A DNA stretch of 62,242 nt, filler included, from Choristocarpus tenellus KU-1152 (Eukaryota; Protista; Phaeophyceae): the NCBI GenBank assembly GCA_964200185.2. It is 12 parts of 12 records of this genome, joined end to end, with 100 filler letters (N's around TTAATTAATTAA, not from the genome) between each part and the next. Parts side by side here need not be neighbours in the genome. Positions count along the whole stretch, not along the records: positions 14,740 to 21,067 come from CAXNAD020008381.1; positions 21,168 to 26,858 come from CAXNAD020009994.1; positions 26,959 to 30,052 come from CAXNAD020022361.1; positions 30,153 to 35,844 come from CAXNAD020009989.1; 8 more parts are not named here. The stretch is one strand, 5' to 3'. This document shows positions 20,529-33,100 of this stretch, one piece after another; the stretch's first letter is position 1, and every line of letters begins with the position of its first letter. The translations under genes and the position numbers were made by a program. Under the pieces are notes generated by a model. That model was not told where the DNA came from. It searched no databases and saw only the letters and a list, made by a program, of their open reading frames with translations.

Positions 20529-21167
20529 TGTGTATGTGTGTATACATGTCAGTTGGGACCATGCAGCAATCACAACATACATCTTCTCACCAAACCCACA
20601 GATGGGTAACGGAGGGAGGGCGTAGGGAGTGGTTTTGACGTGAATTACTTACCCAACACACGAAAAAAACAGAGGGCCATTTCACAATGTCCCACTAACA
20701 CTTTTGGCAGACGTGTACAGTAGGATTTCAATCAAAATGACTTCAATCAAAACGCACAACAGCAAGTCTGTACAAAACCCAATGAGAGGTTGCTTCATGG
20801 CCATGCCAACAAGATGAACCACAAACAAAGGATTTCGTGCTTCATCGCTTCCATTTCAAATATGCCCACTGTTGTGATCAAATGACTTGTGTGGAGTTGC
20901 CCACAACTTGTCATGCAAGTGTACAGTACACCTCCCCTCAGTACTACAGCTCTAGCACTAATACGCAACACACCATTCCCAGCTTGTCTACACACATTTT
21001 CTAAAGGGAGGGAGGGAAGGAGGGAGGGAAGGAGGGAGGGAGGGGGGGGGTGTCCCTTTCAGCCCCANNNNNNNNNNNNNNNNNNNNNNNNNNNNNNNNN
21101 NNNNNNNNNNNTTAATTAATTAANNNNNNNNNNNNNNNNNNNNNNNNNNNNNNNNNNNNNNNNNNNN

Positions 21168-21231
21168 GTGAAAATCGAAAAAAGGGTGAAAAACGGACAC
21201 CGACACCCCTCCCCCCCAGATAATTTGACCC
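21168..21231. mobile_element. Degenerate MITE family B end
   Basis: AAACGGAC...CCCCCCAGATAATTTGACCC at a contig start. Confidence 0.55.
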
Positions 21232-21299
21232 TGAAAGTATTTCAAGATACACTTCCAGAGGTCCTGGGTTGGTGCTGTGCATAGGAGCATCGTGCGTGG

Positions 21300-23640
21300 A
21301 CTTCGGTGTATGATCCTCCAAGATTCGAAGGAGGACGAGATCGGTTCTAGTTTGTTGACACTTGGTTGGACAAAGCAAGAAATGGTGTACAGAGTATTGA
21401 GAAGCAGGGGGGAGGTGCGTTATCGTGTTCAAGGAATAATTAGTGGCTTTGAAAAGGACAGGGTATCCATTGCAGGCCTTGGCGAATTGCTTGGAAAGGT
21501 TAGCTGAGAAGATGGAGAAGAGTTGTTTAATTGATGTATTATATTTTAGTAGTCCAAGCCTTGTATTGGACTCGTTCTTTAAAACAAATAATAGCACAGG
21601 TCTAATCCTCAACATGAGCATGATATATGATACGCTGCTGACGACTCTGACTGGTAGCAATGCATCCGATACCACTGTCTAAATGCATAACTCATCGAAT
21701 GGAAAGTGCATGAACGTGGTAGTCGGACACCAAGGCAAGGTACATTGATGCATAAATCAATGTACCTGTAACTCGATGATCCGTACTTCAACAAAAAACT
21801 GAAACGACTGAACCCCTATTCCAATTGGTGGGCGGACTCGAAATTACATTTGAGTGAAAGTATCTTAGAGGGTACGAGTTTTGCCCTGTTTGTCCATTTG
21901 GGCTTGGCTTCCCATGGGTTTTTTCAAGACATTTTCCTACTCCAAAATGTTTCGGAGTGGGTAAGATGTGTATGCGTTATGAAAAGGTGTGTCCGGAACA
22001 AGTATATTGACACTTCCTAACAACACAATGTAGCCACAATTACATCAAAATAGCAACATTGGATTTTGGCCCCCAAATGGACGCGGCTCTACCCTCTACG
22101 ATACTTTGGCTCATTTTTCACACCCTTCTCCCACCTCGCTGCAAGCTTAGGGTATGCCTCAGCAAGAAAGTGCCATAGGTTTAGGTGTGTAGAGTACCTG
22201 CTGTTCCAAGGTTTGGGCTTCACGAGGCTCAAGAAGATGGCGTTCCTCGCATGGAGCGCTTCCACATGCTCGGGACACAATGTGTTGCCTGGCTTCCCTC
22301 CACGATCGCCGAGTTCAACCTGTGTGGGCTCGTGGACATAGCATTCATCCCCGAAAACAAGAAAAACGGCCCCTTTACCGACCTTGATGAGCCTGAACCC
22401 ATGGTTGTATATGACTTGAGTGAGGGTTTGAGTCTGCACTCAATCCTGCGAAGAGCAGGTTTTATCGTCATCATCGTACCTCGAGGTAGATGAAGACAGA
22501 TTTACCGCGTATGTGCCCTTATTGGCAGAAGCGAAGTCGTCTGCGAAGAAGCGAGGTTCTAAAGCGCTGCCATCAGGACCACGAGGCTGTTTGAAGGGTA
22601 TCATCCGTCCAGCACCTTCTCTCACCCTCTTCTTCCTAATTATTGCCCTTTCCCCCTTTCCTTTACCCTTCTCGGAAGGCTTGTCCCTCGGGGTTGGGGT
22701 AGAATCGGCATGGACGTGGTTCTCACTTCGCCTCACAGTATGGTCGTAGGTGTTCCCTAGCACTTGGGACTTGGGACTCGTCACCGCCGCTGCCCACCGA
22801 ATGGGCGTTTGGGGACATTCCGGGGTCACTCCCAATAGGCGTGGACTCTGAGTCCATGCCTAGCCGCCCCCCCATGTCCTCCTGTACAAGTTCCTCTGGA
22901 CCTCTGTCAAAGCGTTACAATCGGGTCAGTCCCCATTGCCTTCACAGAGTCTTCTCTCAACCTCTTCTTCCCAATTATCATCCTTTTCGCCTTTCCGTTA
23001 CCTTTCACGGAAGGCTTGTTGTCCCTCAGTGTTGTGGATGGATTGGCATGGGTGTGATTCTCACTTCGCCCCACAGTATCGTCATAGGTGTTCCCTGGCA
23101 CCTTGGACTCGTTGCCGCTGCTGCCCACCGAATGGGCGTTTGGGGACATACATGGGTCACTCCTGACAGGCGTGGACTCTGAGTTCCTACCTAGCCGCCC
23201 CCTCACGTCCTCCTGTGCAAGTTCCTCTGTACATGACAAAGCATTACAAACAGGTCGGTCCCCATTGCCTTCAGAGTCGTGTTCCGAGGGTGTGGTTGTA
23301 TGCCTTCCCCCTTGTAGAGTCCTGCTTCCCGTACCTACTGTAGGGCTAGGCAATGGGTTATCATGTTCCTCTTCATCACCTGGTGGGTTGGGTCTTCCAC
23401 AAGGTATAGGCGTGGATACGCCACCAGCTACCGGTGTCTTCATCAGTGCAAAATTGTGGAAGTTGGAAAGTTCGTCCATGAGGAGTTGGATACGATCCGG
23501 ATCGAGGTTGTCCCTGAGGGCGGTGCATATGATTACGATGTCTCCTGGTCGGGTCTGGAGAAGGGTGACTTCTCTCTCGTGGGTGGCGCTCGTTTCGGAC
23601 TTGAACTTGTCATGGTCGTGCTCGGACATGGCATCTTTCT
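21300..23640 (-). pseudogene. Apparently intronless, disrupted ORF of unknown family with an internal ~310-bp duplication
   Basis: Consecutive minus-strand ORFs 23758-22907, 22835-22440 and 22439-22089 read as one protein broken by a frameshift, stops and a MITE. The segment GNTYD(D/H)TV(G/R)RSENH...KG(N/K)GK...IIxKKR occurs twice. Confidence 0.45.
21852..22112 (-). mobile_element. MITE family A
   Basis: Both TIRs; 4-bp TSD ATTT. Confidence 0.9.
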
Positions 23641-24449
23641 CTGGCATGGTCACAATATTTGTGACTCGTGCTATCTCTGTGATGGTGGAGGAGAAGACAA
23701 AGGACGTGGCGAAGTAGGAGGCAAAACAACGGGAAGAAGGGTTGGCGTTAGGAGGCAAGGGGTGAGGTAGAGGTTGGTGAGAAGGAGTAAGCGAGGCAGG
23801 ATATAGAGGAGTAGCTAGAGGCTGAGGAAAAGATGGATGTGGATTAGAGTACGTGCGGTTCGTCGTACTTGAGCGGATTATTCGAGCCTATAAATCAGGA
23901 AGACAAGTAGGGCTTGTAACATAGGGTGAAGAGGATGCGTATAGGACTATAGTACATGAACCACGACATAATTCCCCTTCTTTTGCTGGGTTCTGTCGAT
24001 CGGTACGACACAGCGAAAGTATGAATCAATCTATTCGACGAGCAACACTTCGCAACATATAAAACCGGACAACCCTGTGACATTTTACGGTGTCAAACCG
24101 TCCAAAATTGGTAAGATCTGTGAGGGTCTAGGTTGTGTGTTTGGTGTAGGGAACGATGTTTGATGTTAACGTATGGCGATGTTGTACAATGATGTAATTG
24201 CTTGCCTGTGTGTTCGTCACTGGTGTTCAGGGCAAAGCCCTCAGAGTATTTGACGATGTCCAGGTATTTTGTAACCTCCTCCACATCCTCCCTCAACACG
24301 AGGTCCCTTTTCACCTGCAGATTTTATATGGGGTTACATTAATGTGCACGATCAGGACGTTTATTGTGAGGTGGCTTGATACGAACTCAAATATGGTGAA
24401 CAGATGAGATGATGAACCTCACACTCCATTGAGTACACCTCCTCGCTGA

Positions 24450-25050
24450 GGATGTGTTCTATCGAACGGTTAAATGCCATCAATATCCAAAGCATGTGGC
24501 AAGACGGTTGGGTGGGTGCGTGTCGATTTGAAACAGTAATCCTGAGCAGGAAAACATTACGTCGAATCGCGAAAGTAAGTGAAAGATGAAGATGAAAGGA
24601 ATTTACGCGCCGACCTGGGTTAGATGTCGGGAGGGCAATCATGCACAGGTTGTGCTTGACATATGGCAAACAGTAATGAATTAGTTTGATGTACTCTGTT
24701 GAACAGTAAGGACCATCAATTTCCAATGCGCTGCAACACGGTTGGGGGTGTGTGTGTCGATTTGAAATAAGAACAACCTGAGCAGGAAAATATTACGTCA
24801 AACCGCGAAAGTGAAAGGTTAAGATGAAAGGAATTTATATGCGCTGACCCGGGTTGGATGTCGGGAGGGCAACCATGCGCAGGTTTTGCTTGAGATATGG
24901 CAGATATAGTAATGAATTAATTTGATGTGTTCTGTCGAACGGTAAAGGCCATCAAATTCCAAAGCGCGGCAGGACGGTTGGGGTGTGTGTATGTCGATTT
25001 GAAACAAGAATCCTGAGCAGGAAAACATTACGTCGAACAGCAGAAGTGAC
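24450..25050. repeat. Tandem repeat, ~235-240-bp unit, about 2.5 copies
   Basis: GTGTCGATTTGAAA...CCTGAGCAGGAAAA(C/T)ATTACGTC recurs near 24520, 24755 and 24992. Confidence 0.85.
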
Positions 25051-25610
25051 AGCATGAATGCACCAGTTTGATACATATATGTCGATTTTGGAACGTACTT
25101 CTAAGTGGAAATTTGGTATGTTCTGTTGGTCGGTAGAAGCGATCAAATTCTAAGTTTGGGGTTAGTGGGGTTTTTGGACTAAGAAACGCGCGCGTGATGA
25201 TACCATCATGCAAGTTGTATCGAGATTGCATTGCGATGCGATACGAACCTTATCGGAAAGGTTCGAATGGTATCGGTCGGAGCCCTTACACGTGCGTATC
25301 AAAGGTGTCACCACGTCACACTCGACAGATGGATGTTGTGGTGCATGTAATTGCATCCGTGGAATCTCTTCTACTTCGGATCAGTTGTCTGATTACTCCC
25401 AATATATGCAACTGCAACCCATGTTCCAATTTCGGAAAAAGGTTCAGTCGAATTTGCTGTAATCAATTCAGATGATAGCCGTTGAATTGCAACTACGTCG
25501 TCGACATGTTCGATGCAAGGTGAAATATGTCTCTTCTTGGCGGATTGGGATTAGTGTTCGAAATGTAGGCAATTTATTTAGGATAAGGTTAGGGTTGGTA
25601 TTATGGGTGC

Positions 25611-25860
25611 GGGTCGAAGTATCTTAGGGGTAGAGCCGCGTCCATTTGGTGGCTGAATTCAAATGTTGCATTTTTGCTGTAATTATTGCCATCGTTTTTG
25701 TTTGGAGATGTCAATGTCCTTTTTCCGGACACACTTCTTTCCATAATGTACACATTGTACTTCTCCACAACATTTTTGAGTAAGTACTGTCGTTGAAAAC
25801 TCGTGGGCAGTCAAGTCCCAATGAACAACCGGCGAATAACTCGTACCCTCTAAGATGCTT
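25611..25860 (+). mobile_element. MITE family A, diverged copy
   Basis: GAAGTATCTTAGGGGTAGAGCCGCGTCCATTTG ... CTCGTACCCTCTAAGATGCTT. Confidence 0.8.
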
Positions 25861-25964
25861 AGGCAACATTGACTTCGGGGCTTACATTGTCAGTGACTGA
25901 GGTGGCAGAATACGGTTTATGAACGGTTTCGATCAAATACAATATAATAGATATGCGACGGTCG

Positions 25965-26839
25965 GGATTTTGATGATACCACTATTGACAGCTGGTGTGT
26001 ACATGGTGGAAAAGGTGGTAAATACAGGGTATCGAGTTGGAAAATATTGGTGACACCACCATCTGCAGCTGATGAGTACACGGTTGTAAAGGTAACAAAT
26101 ACAGGGCATTGAATTTGAAAATGCTGGTATTACCACCGCTGACAGCTGGTGTGTACACGGTTGTAAAGGTAATCAATAGAGGGCATCGAATTTGAAAATG
26201 TTGGTGATGCCACCATTGATAGCTGGTGTATACATCGTTGTAAAGGTAATTAATAGAGGGCATTGAATTTGAAAATGTTGGTGACACCGCCGTTGACAGC
26301 TGGTGTGTACACGCTTGTAAAGGTAACAAATACGGGGCATCGAATTTGAAAACGTATGGTGACACCACCATTGACAGCTGGTGTGTACACGGTTGTATAG
26401 GTAGTAAATACAGGGTATTGAAATATGAAAACGTTGGCGACATCACACCATTGATAGCTGGTGTGTACACGGCTGTAAAGGTAGCAAATACGGGGTATTG
26501 AGTTTGAAAATGTTGGTGTTACCACTGCTGACAGCTGGTGTGTATGACTAACCGAACTGTAATAAGTACAGGGCATTGAATGTGAAACGGTTGGTGACAC
26601 CTACCACCATTGACAGCGGGTGTGCACATGGTTGTAAAGGTAACAAATACAGGGCATCGAATTGAAAACGTTGGTGACACCACCATTGACGGCTGGTGTG
26701 TACACAGTTGTGAAGGTGAGAAGTATAGGTCATCGTATGTGAAAACGTTGGTGACACCACCATTGATAGCTGGTGTGTACACAGTTGTAAAGGTAACAAA
26801 TATGGGGCATTGAGTTTGAAAATGTTGGTGTTACCACTG
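25965..26839. repeat. Minisatellite, ~77-bp unit, about 11 copies
   Basis: Unit ~TTGACAGCTGGTGTGTACACGGTTGTAAAGGTAACAAATACAGGGCATTGAATTTGAAAATGTTGGTGACACCACCA; the (C/T)AGCTG core recurs every 76-82 bp. Confidence 0.95.
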
Positions 26840-27039
26840 GGGGCGAACTATCTGGGGGNNNNNNNNNNNNNNNNNNNNNNNNNNNNNNNNNNNNNNNNNN
26901 NNTTAATTAATTAANNNNNNNNNNNNNNNNNNNNNNNNNNNNNNNNNNNNNNNNNNNNCAACCAAATCACACAAAAATCGCGACATAAATAAATTGGGCC
27001 CAGTTGGACGGCCGCCACCCCCCCAAGAAACTTCGAACC
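26840..27039. mobile_element. MITE family B fragments on either side of a spacer (26840-26858 and 26959-27039)
   Basis: GGGGCGAACTATCTGGGGG before the gap; CAACCAAATCAC...AATCGCGACAT...GCCGCCACCCCCCC after it. Confidence 0.65.
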
Positions 27040-27090
27040 TGTTGCATTCAGCTTCTGCACCGTGCCCTTGCCGTATGCAGGGTCGTGCAG

Positions 27091-27745
27091 GAGCCGAAGT
27101 ATCTTAGGGGGTAGGGCCTTGTTCATTTGGGGGTCCAAAATCCAATATTGCGATTTTGATGGAATTTTGGCTATCGTGTTTGTTGGGAGGTGTCAATATC
27201 CTTGTTCCGGGCACACCTTTTCATGATGTATATTTGCAAAAGAGAGCTACTCAAGTAGAGTATTTTGCATTATGATATGGATGTATTTATTAGTGGAGTG
27301 AGCACAGCCCTCGGTGGTGGGGGGGTGCTCTCTCTTATTGTCTTATTGTTTATTGCATATGTCAGCTGACACATCAGCTGACATATCAAAACGTGTCCTG
27401 CCGTTACATCGTACTATGTCACTTATCCTGTGCAGTTAGTACCATGTCAGTAATCCTCCATAAGTCCAATTACATCAAGTAATAAGAAATCAATCATCTG
27501 AGCTCGAACTTATTACTCTAAGCACACGAAAACAAGTCAATGACACTTGTTCCACCTAGTCAACGTATCTGTTGTCTAGTAGTGGTCACTAAACACCTAT
27601 AAACCATATAGACTACCAGCCTATATTGCACAGTATACATTTTTCCTACTCGGAAACATTTTGTAGTAGGAAAATGTCATAAAAATACACCATGGGAAGT
27701 CAACCCAATAGGGCAAAACTCGTACCCTCTAAGATACTTTCACTC
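27091..27745 (+). mobile_element. MITE family A carrying a nested solo LTR
   Basis: GAG...CTC ends; 4-bp TSD GCAG; 400-bp insert at 27233-27632. Confidence 0.9.
27233..27632 (-). mobile_element. Solo LTR of the copia family seen at 30153-33493
   Basis: Reverse complement matches LTR 33150-33493 at both ends (TGTGCAATATAGGCT...GGGAGAGCACCCCCC...CTCTTTTGCA); 5-bp TSD GTATA. Confidence 0.88.
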
Positions 27746-28201
27746 GCAGTCCTGCTGTGTGGAGGCCCCCTCCAACTCCAGTCACGGCATTTTTTCCTTG
27801 ACCACTGGCAACAGCTGCTCTGTGTACCACTCCAGGTACCACTCAGCGTTGACGGTGATGCCGATCCCGTACTCATAACCCTTAGTGCACCATGCTGTAT
27901 TCCGTTGCGCCTCCTTCGTGACACAAACCCGCCAGATCCCAATCTTGCAATCGAAATCATGGGAAGGATCTGGGAACGAAACGGCAGAGATGAACATCAC
28001 TTTGGGAATGTGACTCTTGTGCTACATCTTCATTGGGCCTAAACTCTCCTCCCCCAGGAAGATGCACCCCATCTCTCGTTGGCGGATGAGGTAGAACCAT
28101 GCCTTGTTGATGTGAATGGTACTGAGATCAGTCCTGTAGGTTTTATGGTTGTGGGACATCTGATCAAGGATAAAGTCCACCCTATTCTTCTTTTGAGAAA
28201 C

Positions 28202-28460
28202 GAGTGAAAGTAACTTAAAGGGTACGAGTTTTGCCCTGTTTGTCCATTTGGGGCTTGGCTTCCCTCATGTTTTTTTGCGACATTTTCCTCCTCCAAAATA
28301 TTTCAGAGTAGGTAAAATATATACGTTATGAAAAGGTGTGTCCGTGGCAAGGATATTGACACTCCCTAACAAGCACGATAGCCAAAATTACATCAAAATC
28401 GCAGCATTGGATTTTGGCCCCCAAATGGACACGGCTCTACCCTCTAAAATACTTTGGCTT
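28202..28460 (-). mobile_element. MITE family A
   Basis: Both TIRs; 3-bp TSD AAC. Confidence 0.9.
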
Positions 28461-29766
28461 AACGAAAGGCCAAGAGTGATGCGCCGCTGAACTCTCGTTG
28501 CCCGTATGGCTTCAACCTAGCGATGAAGCTTTGAGCTGCTGACTGTGAGGCCCCCTTCGGTGAGCTTGGCGGAAAGTTGGTTGATTGTCAGCGTGCAATT
28601 ACTGCCATTCATTTATCGGATCTTTGCTTGTTTCGTTGGCGTGAAGTCCGATGGCCGTCCAGATCGTGCTTGTGATTTCTGGGAGATGGTATTCCCCCCA
28701 TCTAACTGTTCTTTGGCCCTCACTCATACCTATCTAGGTTATATCTCTCCCATTCCAAACTCTTTCGCTGATTTAGACCCCACGCCCCTTGGGAGCCTCT
28801 CATGACCCGGAGGAAGAGCCAATAGGTAACGCAGAACAAGTGCGGTCCAACCTTCCACAAGTCAGCTCGCGGTTCTTTCCCCAAGATGGTTGGCTTCGTA
28901 CCAGTGACAACGGGCTGTGGAGGCTCGCCATGGGGGTTGTGAGAGTGTTGTGCGGCTCCACGCTACGCAGAAACATTAAAAATGATAAGAATATGCCCAT
29001 TCTGTGTTCTAATTCTTTCGGAACCATTTCAGAACAGAAATCTTGGTAGAATTCTTTGAAACTTACTTTTATTAATGTAAAACATTCTAAGGAATCCAAG
29101 GCAAATGTCCGTTTTGTAGTTAGAGGTCATCCCGAAAAGAGTTACAACTTAACGGCCCAGACCAATGGGACAGAGTGAGTACACACAGTTATAAACTATA
29201 ATATGCCAACCATCATGGATCGGATAGCTGAATGTGCGTGGCAACGACATCTGCCAGGGCTGTGCTGGTGAAGGACAAGGGTGGGGCAAAGAGGATGGGA
29301 GCAGACGTGAAGATCTCCAGAATAACCAGAAGATAGTCCGCACAACGCCACGAGCAAGATGCGTGCAGACAACCCCCAAACAGTAATGGAACAGGACAGA
29401 GCCAGCTCAAGCACGGGACTTGAATTGGGAGAACTGACAACAGGGCCCAACTATTGAGAACGACATGAGGTGATCTCAGACAGACAAGATTCACTCAGAC
29501 AGAGTCAGCCCAAGCATGATGCTTGAGGTGAGAGAACTGAGAAGAGTTCCAGATCCGATGAATGATCAACACAAGTGAATCAACAAGAAGACCCTTGGCA
29601 ACTGGAAAAGACATTTGGTGGAATTCTCGAACCAAGGTGTGGCACCGGAGATATCCCTTGGGCATGGTCTCCGCATCACACACCCCGAGGACGTAAGCAT
29701 CACAACCTCACAACAATGGCAAAGCTGACTCAGCCATGTGAGAACAGTGCAAGGGGACGAACGAAA

Positions 29767-30052
29767 TAGTCAAAGTGTCTTAAAGGGTAGAGCCGCGTCC
29801 ATTTAGGGGCCAAAATTCATTGCTGCAATTTTGATGTAATTTTGGCTATCGTGCTTGTTGGAAATGTCAATATCCTTGTTCCGGACACATCTTTTTTTCT
29901 TAACGTGTACACTGTATCTACTCCAAAACAATTTGGAGTAGGTGGAATGTCATTAAAAACCCGTGAGAAGCCAAGCCCCAAACGGATTAGAGTGAAACTA
30001 TCTTAGAGGGTACGAATTTTTCCCTGTTTGTCCATTTGTGGGGCTTGGCTTC
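29767..30052. mobile_element. Two MITE family A copies: + copy at 29767-29989 interrupted by a - copy at 29990-30052 (cut by the gap)
   Basis: The first copy stops at CCCCAAACGGATTA and is followed immediately by a GAGTGAAACTATCTTAGAGGGTACG long arm. Confidence 0.8.
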
Positions 30053-30152
30053 NNNNNNNNNNNNNNNNNNNNNNNNNNNNNNNNNNNNNNNNNNNNTTAA
30101 TTAATTAANNNNNNNNNNNNNNNNNNNNNNNNNNNNNNNNNNNNNNNNNNNN

Positions 30153-33100
30153 AGAAGGGGGCGAACCCGATCCTGATCTTAAACCACCTGGAAGAGCTTC
30201 GGGGGAGGATGCTATCAATGGACCTGGTGATCTCGGACAAGCTGCTGCTCCTACAGTTCCTGAGTGCTCTTGGATCAGATTACGATACCGAGATATGCAT
30301 GATGGCCTCGCAGAGAGCACTATGTCGAGCAGACATAGACAAAACTGCTAGAGAGCGATATGCTTCCCTTCATCAGGGCAAGGACTCAAGACATATAAGA
30401 ACAGCCACGCTTTGGTCGTTAGCAGCTCATCGCAAGGGAAGAGTCAGTTTCATCGCAACGGCCAAGGTCGCGGGGCCCAACGTAAATTTAATGGTGGAAG
30501 AAAGAAACATGGTTCTAATTACAACCCAAAACGTTCCGAGAAGATTCCTTGTGAGAGATGCGGTAAACATGGACATGGGAAGCCAGCTTGCCCAAACCGC
30601 ATTTGCACCAAGTGTGGTGGACGTGCCCATGATGCAACAACATGCACTTCGGTGTTCTTGACTACGGTGCAGTCTGGGAAGGAAGATATCAAGACTGAGG
30701 CGAATCTTTCCCACATTACTGTGGAAAGTACCAATAGCTGCGGCGACAATGAGCGATACGCACTACTGGTCGCCACTGACGATTTTTCGAGCAGCAATGC
30801 TCCAGGCAAGTGTGGGGCAAACGACTGTTTGGTGTCAAGTGTTGAGGTTGGCCGTGAGAGAGAAGAATAGATTTTGGACAGTGCGGCTTCATGTTACATA
30901 ACGCATATGGTAAAATCCATGACAAATTACAAGCCTTGCATTGGAGACCAAAGGGTAGTCACTGCTAACCAAAATTCCTTTTGCATCGCTGGTCATGGTG
31001 ATCTAACCATCTTGTTTCCGTCACGTGACAACAAGGAGGTAGAAATACTCCTTCAAAATGTCGCCCATGTCCCTGATCTTGGATTCAACCTTTTCTCTTT
31101 CCAAGCAATAGCTGATAAGGGTGCAAAAGGCATTTTCACAGCCAGCACATTCTCGCTATTAGATGGAGTACTTACCTTCACAAGAGATCCTGGTTGCCAC
31201 CATACCCTCCATGTTCAACGCATATTGCTGCGACTAGATCGAAATGCTGACGTTACTTTAAAGGCCACTATAGCCCCCTCGATTGCACCCCACGCTCCCC
31301 ACACCAACGTCGACATTAACCTTTTCCACCGCTCTTAATATTAGTCCTTGGTTCTTGGTTCTTTCGAAGGAATATGCGCTACAACTATGGAGGTGAAGTA
31401 AACCTTCAGATCGTTTGTCGCCAAAGGAGAGCGACACCGTCTAAAGAAGGATGAGGAAATGGAAATGAACCACTATGTATCAACCCTTATGCAGCAGAAC
31501 AACGAAGAAGTGTACTGCCTTATGGGTATCATGGGGGAAGTAACAGCAGGTCCAGAGGAGCCATCCACAACCTAGGCAACCTAGGGTGGGCGAGATGCAG
31601 AGCAATGGCAAGAGGCCATGAAAAAAGAAATGGCAGGACTTTGGCAGAAGGGGACGTTTAGTGACAAAGCCCTACCCCCAGGAAGGAAGGCAATCAAAAC
31701 ACGATTTATTTTCAAGATCAAGCACTCAGCAGACGGGTCAGCGGAAAGATATAAGGCGAGACTCGTGGCACATGGGCTTACCCAAAATGCAGGAGTGGAT
31801 TTATTGGAAACCTTCAGCCCGGTTGTTGGATAACGACACACTACGATGCATCATATCAGTCGCAGCGTACAGAGGTTGGAGCATAGACGCTCTGGACCTT
31901 ACACAGGCCTACCTCAACGCCGATCTGCAGGAGGACATCTGGCTGGAGCTTCCTGATGGCCACACAGTCAAGGAAGAGAAGGCGATCTATGGGCTGAAGC
32001 AGTCAGCAATGGAATGGTACCATGAACTACGCAACACTATTCTTGCAGAAGGATGGACAAGCAGCCAACACGACGAGTGTCTCTACTTCAAGAAGAGTGA
32101 AGACGGACGCATCGGAATCCTCACTACCTACCTGGACGACACTGCCACCACTGGGGACTTCACAGAGGAGATTCAGAGATTAAGGGCATCCCTGCTGGAG
32201 AAGTGCGAGGGGCGGGACCTAGGTACGCCTGAGAAGCTACTTGGGGTAGGCATCACTGTGAATGAAGATGGCATCACCCTGGACCAACAGATGTACGCTA
32301 AAAGCATTGTCATAGCCGGGATGGGCACCATGAAAAATGCGAGTAACAGCTAAACCACTGGACCCTGGGATGGACCTCTCTACCAGACAAAATCATGAAG
32401 AGGAACTAGATCCCACTAGATACCCCTATGCCAGTATTCTTGGGAAACTTATGTTCTTAGCAGGCATGACTCGACCGGACCTGGCTAACAGTGTTCGTGA
32501 ACTGGGGCGTAGAGCAGCATCTCCATGCATGCGACACTGGCACGGACTACAACACGTTCTGCGCTACGTAGCAGGGACATTGGATGTCTGCATTCACTAT
32601 GATCGAGGGAACCAAGATATGAACGAGAGGGATGAAGAACTCCAGGTTGGGTACGGAGATTCTGACTGGGGCACCGACCAACAAAACACACAGGAGTGTT
32701 ACAGGGTACATAATCCTGTTCAACGGATCGCCGATCGCCTGGTGCTCCAAGCTTCAAGGGGCAGTCACCCCCTCCAGCTCGGAGGCAGAGTGGACAGCAA
32801 TGGCATATGGCATGCGTCACTGCATTTTTATTAGAGGCATTCTGGGGGAGATTGGTATACTACAGGATCAGACTCCCTGGTTCTGTGACAACCGTGGTGC
32901 TATTCAAGCGGGAAGCATCACAGGATTCAATGGAAGAACCAAGCATGTGTGGACATGAAGTTAAAGTGTACAAGAGAGTATGTAGATCAAGGAATATTTA
33001 ACATTGAATATGTTCCAACACGCAAGCAATTGACTGACGTGTTTTACAAAGTCTTTACACGATAATCTTATCTCTGATTTTGTGCATTCTGCGCTTTCAC

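Larger units (their letters stand above)
27040..28790 (-). pseudogene. Tc1/mariner (ITm, plant-mariner-like) transposase relic interrupted by two MITE-A copies and a solo LTR
   Basis: Minus-strand motifs in the expected order: QARSGRPS; LTINQLSAKL..SSSKLHR (HTH); IHINKAWFYL (~IHIDEKWFY); HKSHIPKVMFISAV; DCKIGIW; LLPVVKEKMP; QQD..HT.KG. Contains stops and frameshifts. Confidence 0.82.

Noticed and set aside
25965-26839. CRISPR-like array
   Set aside because: The whole unit is repeated with no unique spacers, no cas genes are present, and the context is eukaryotic.
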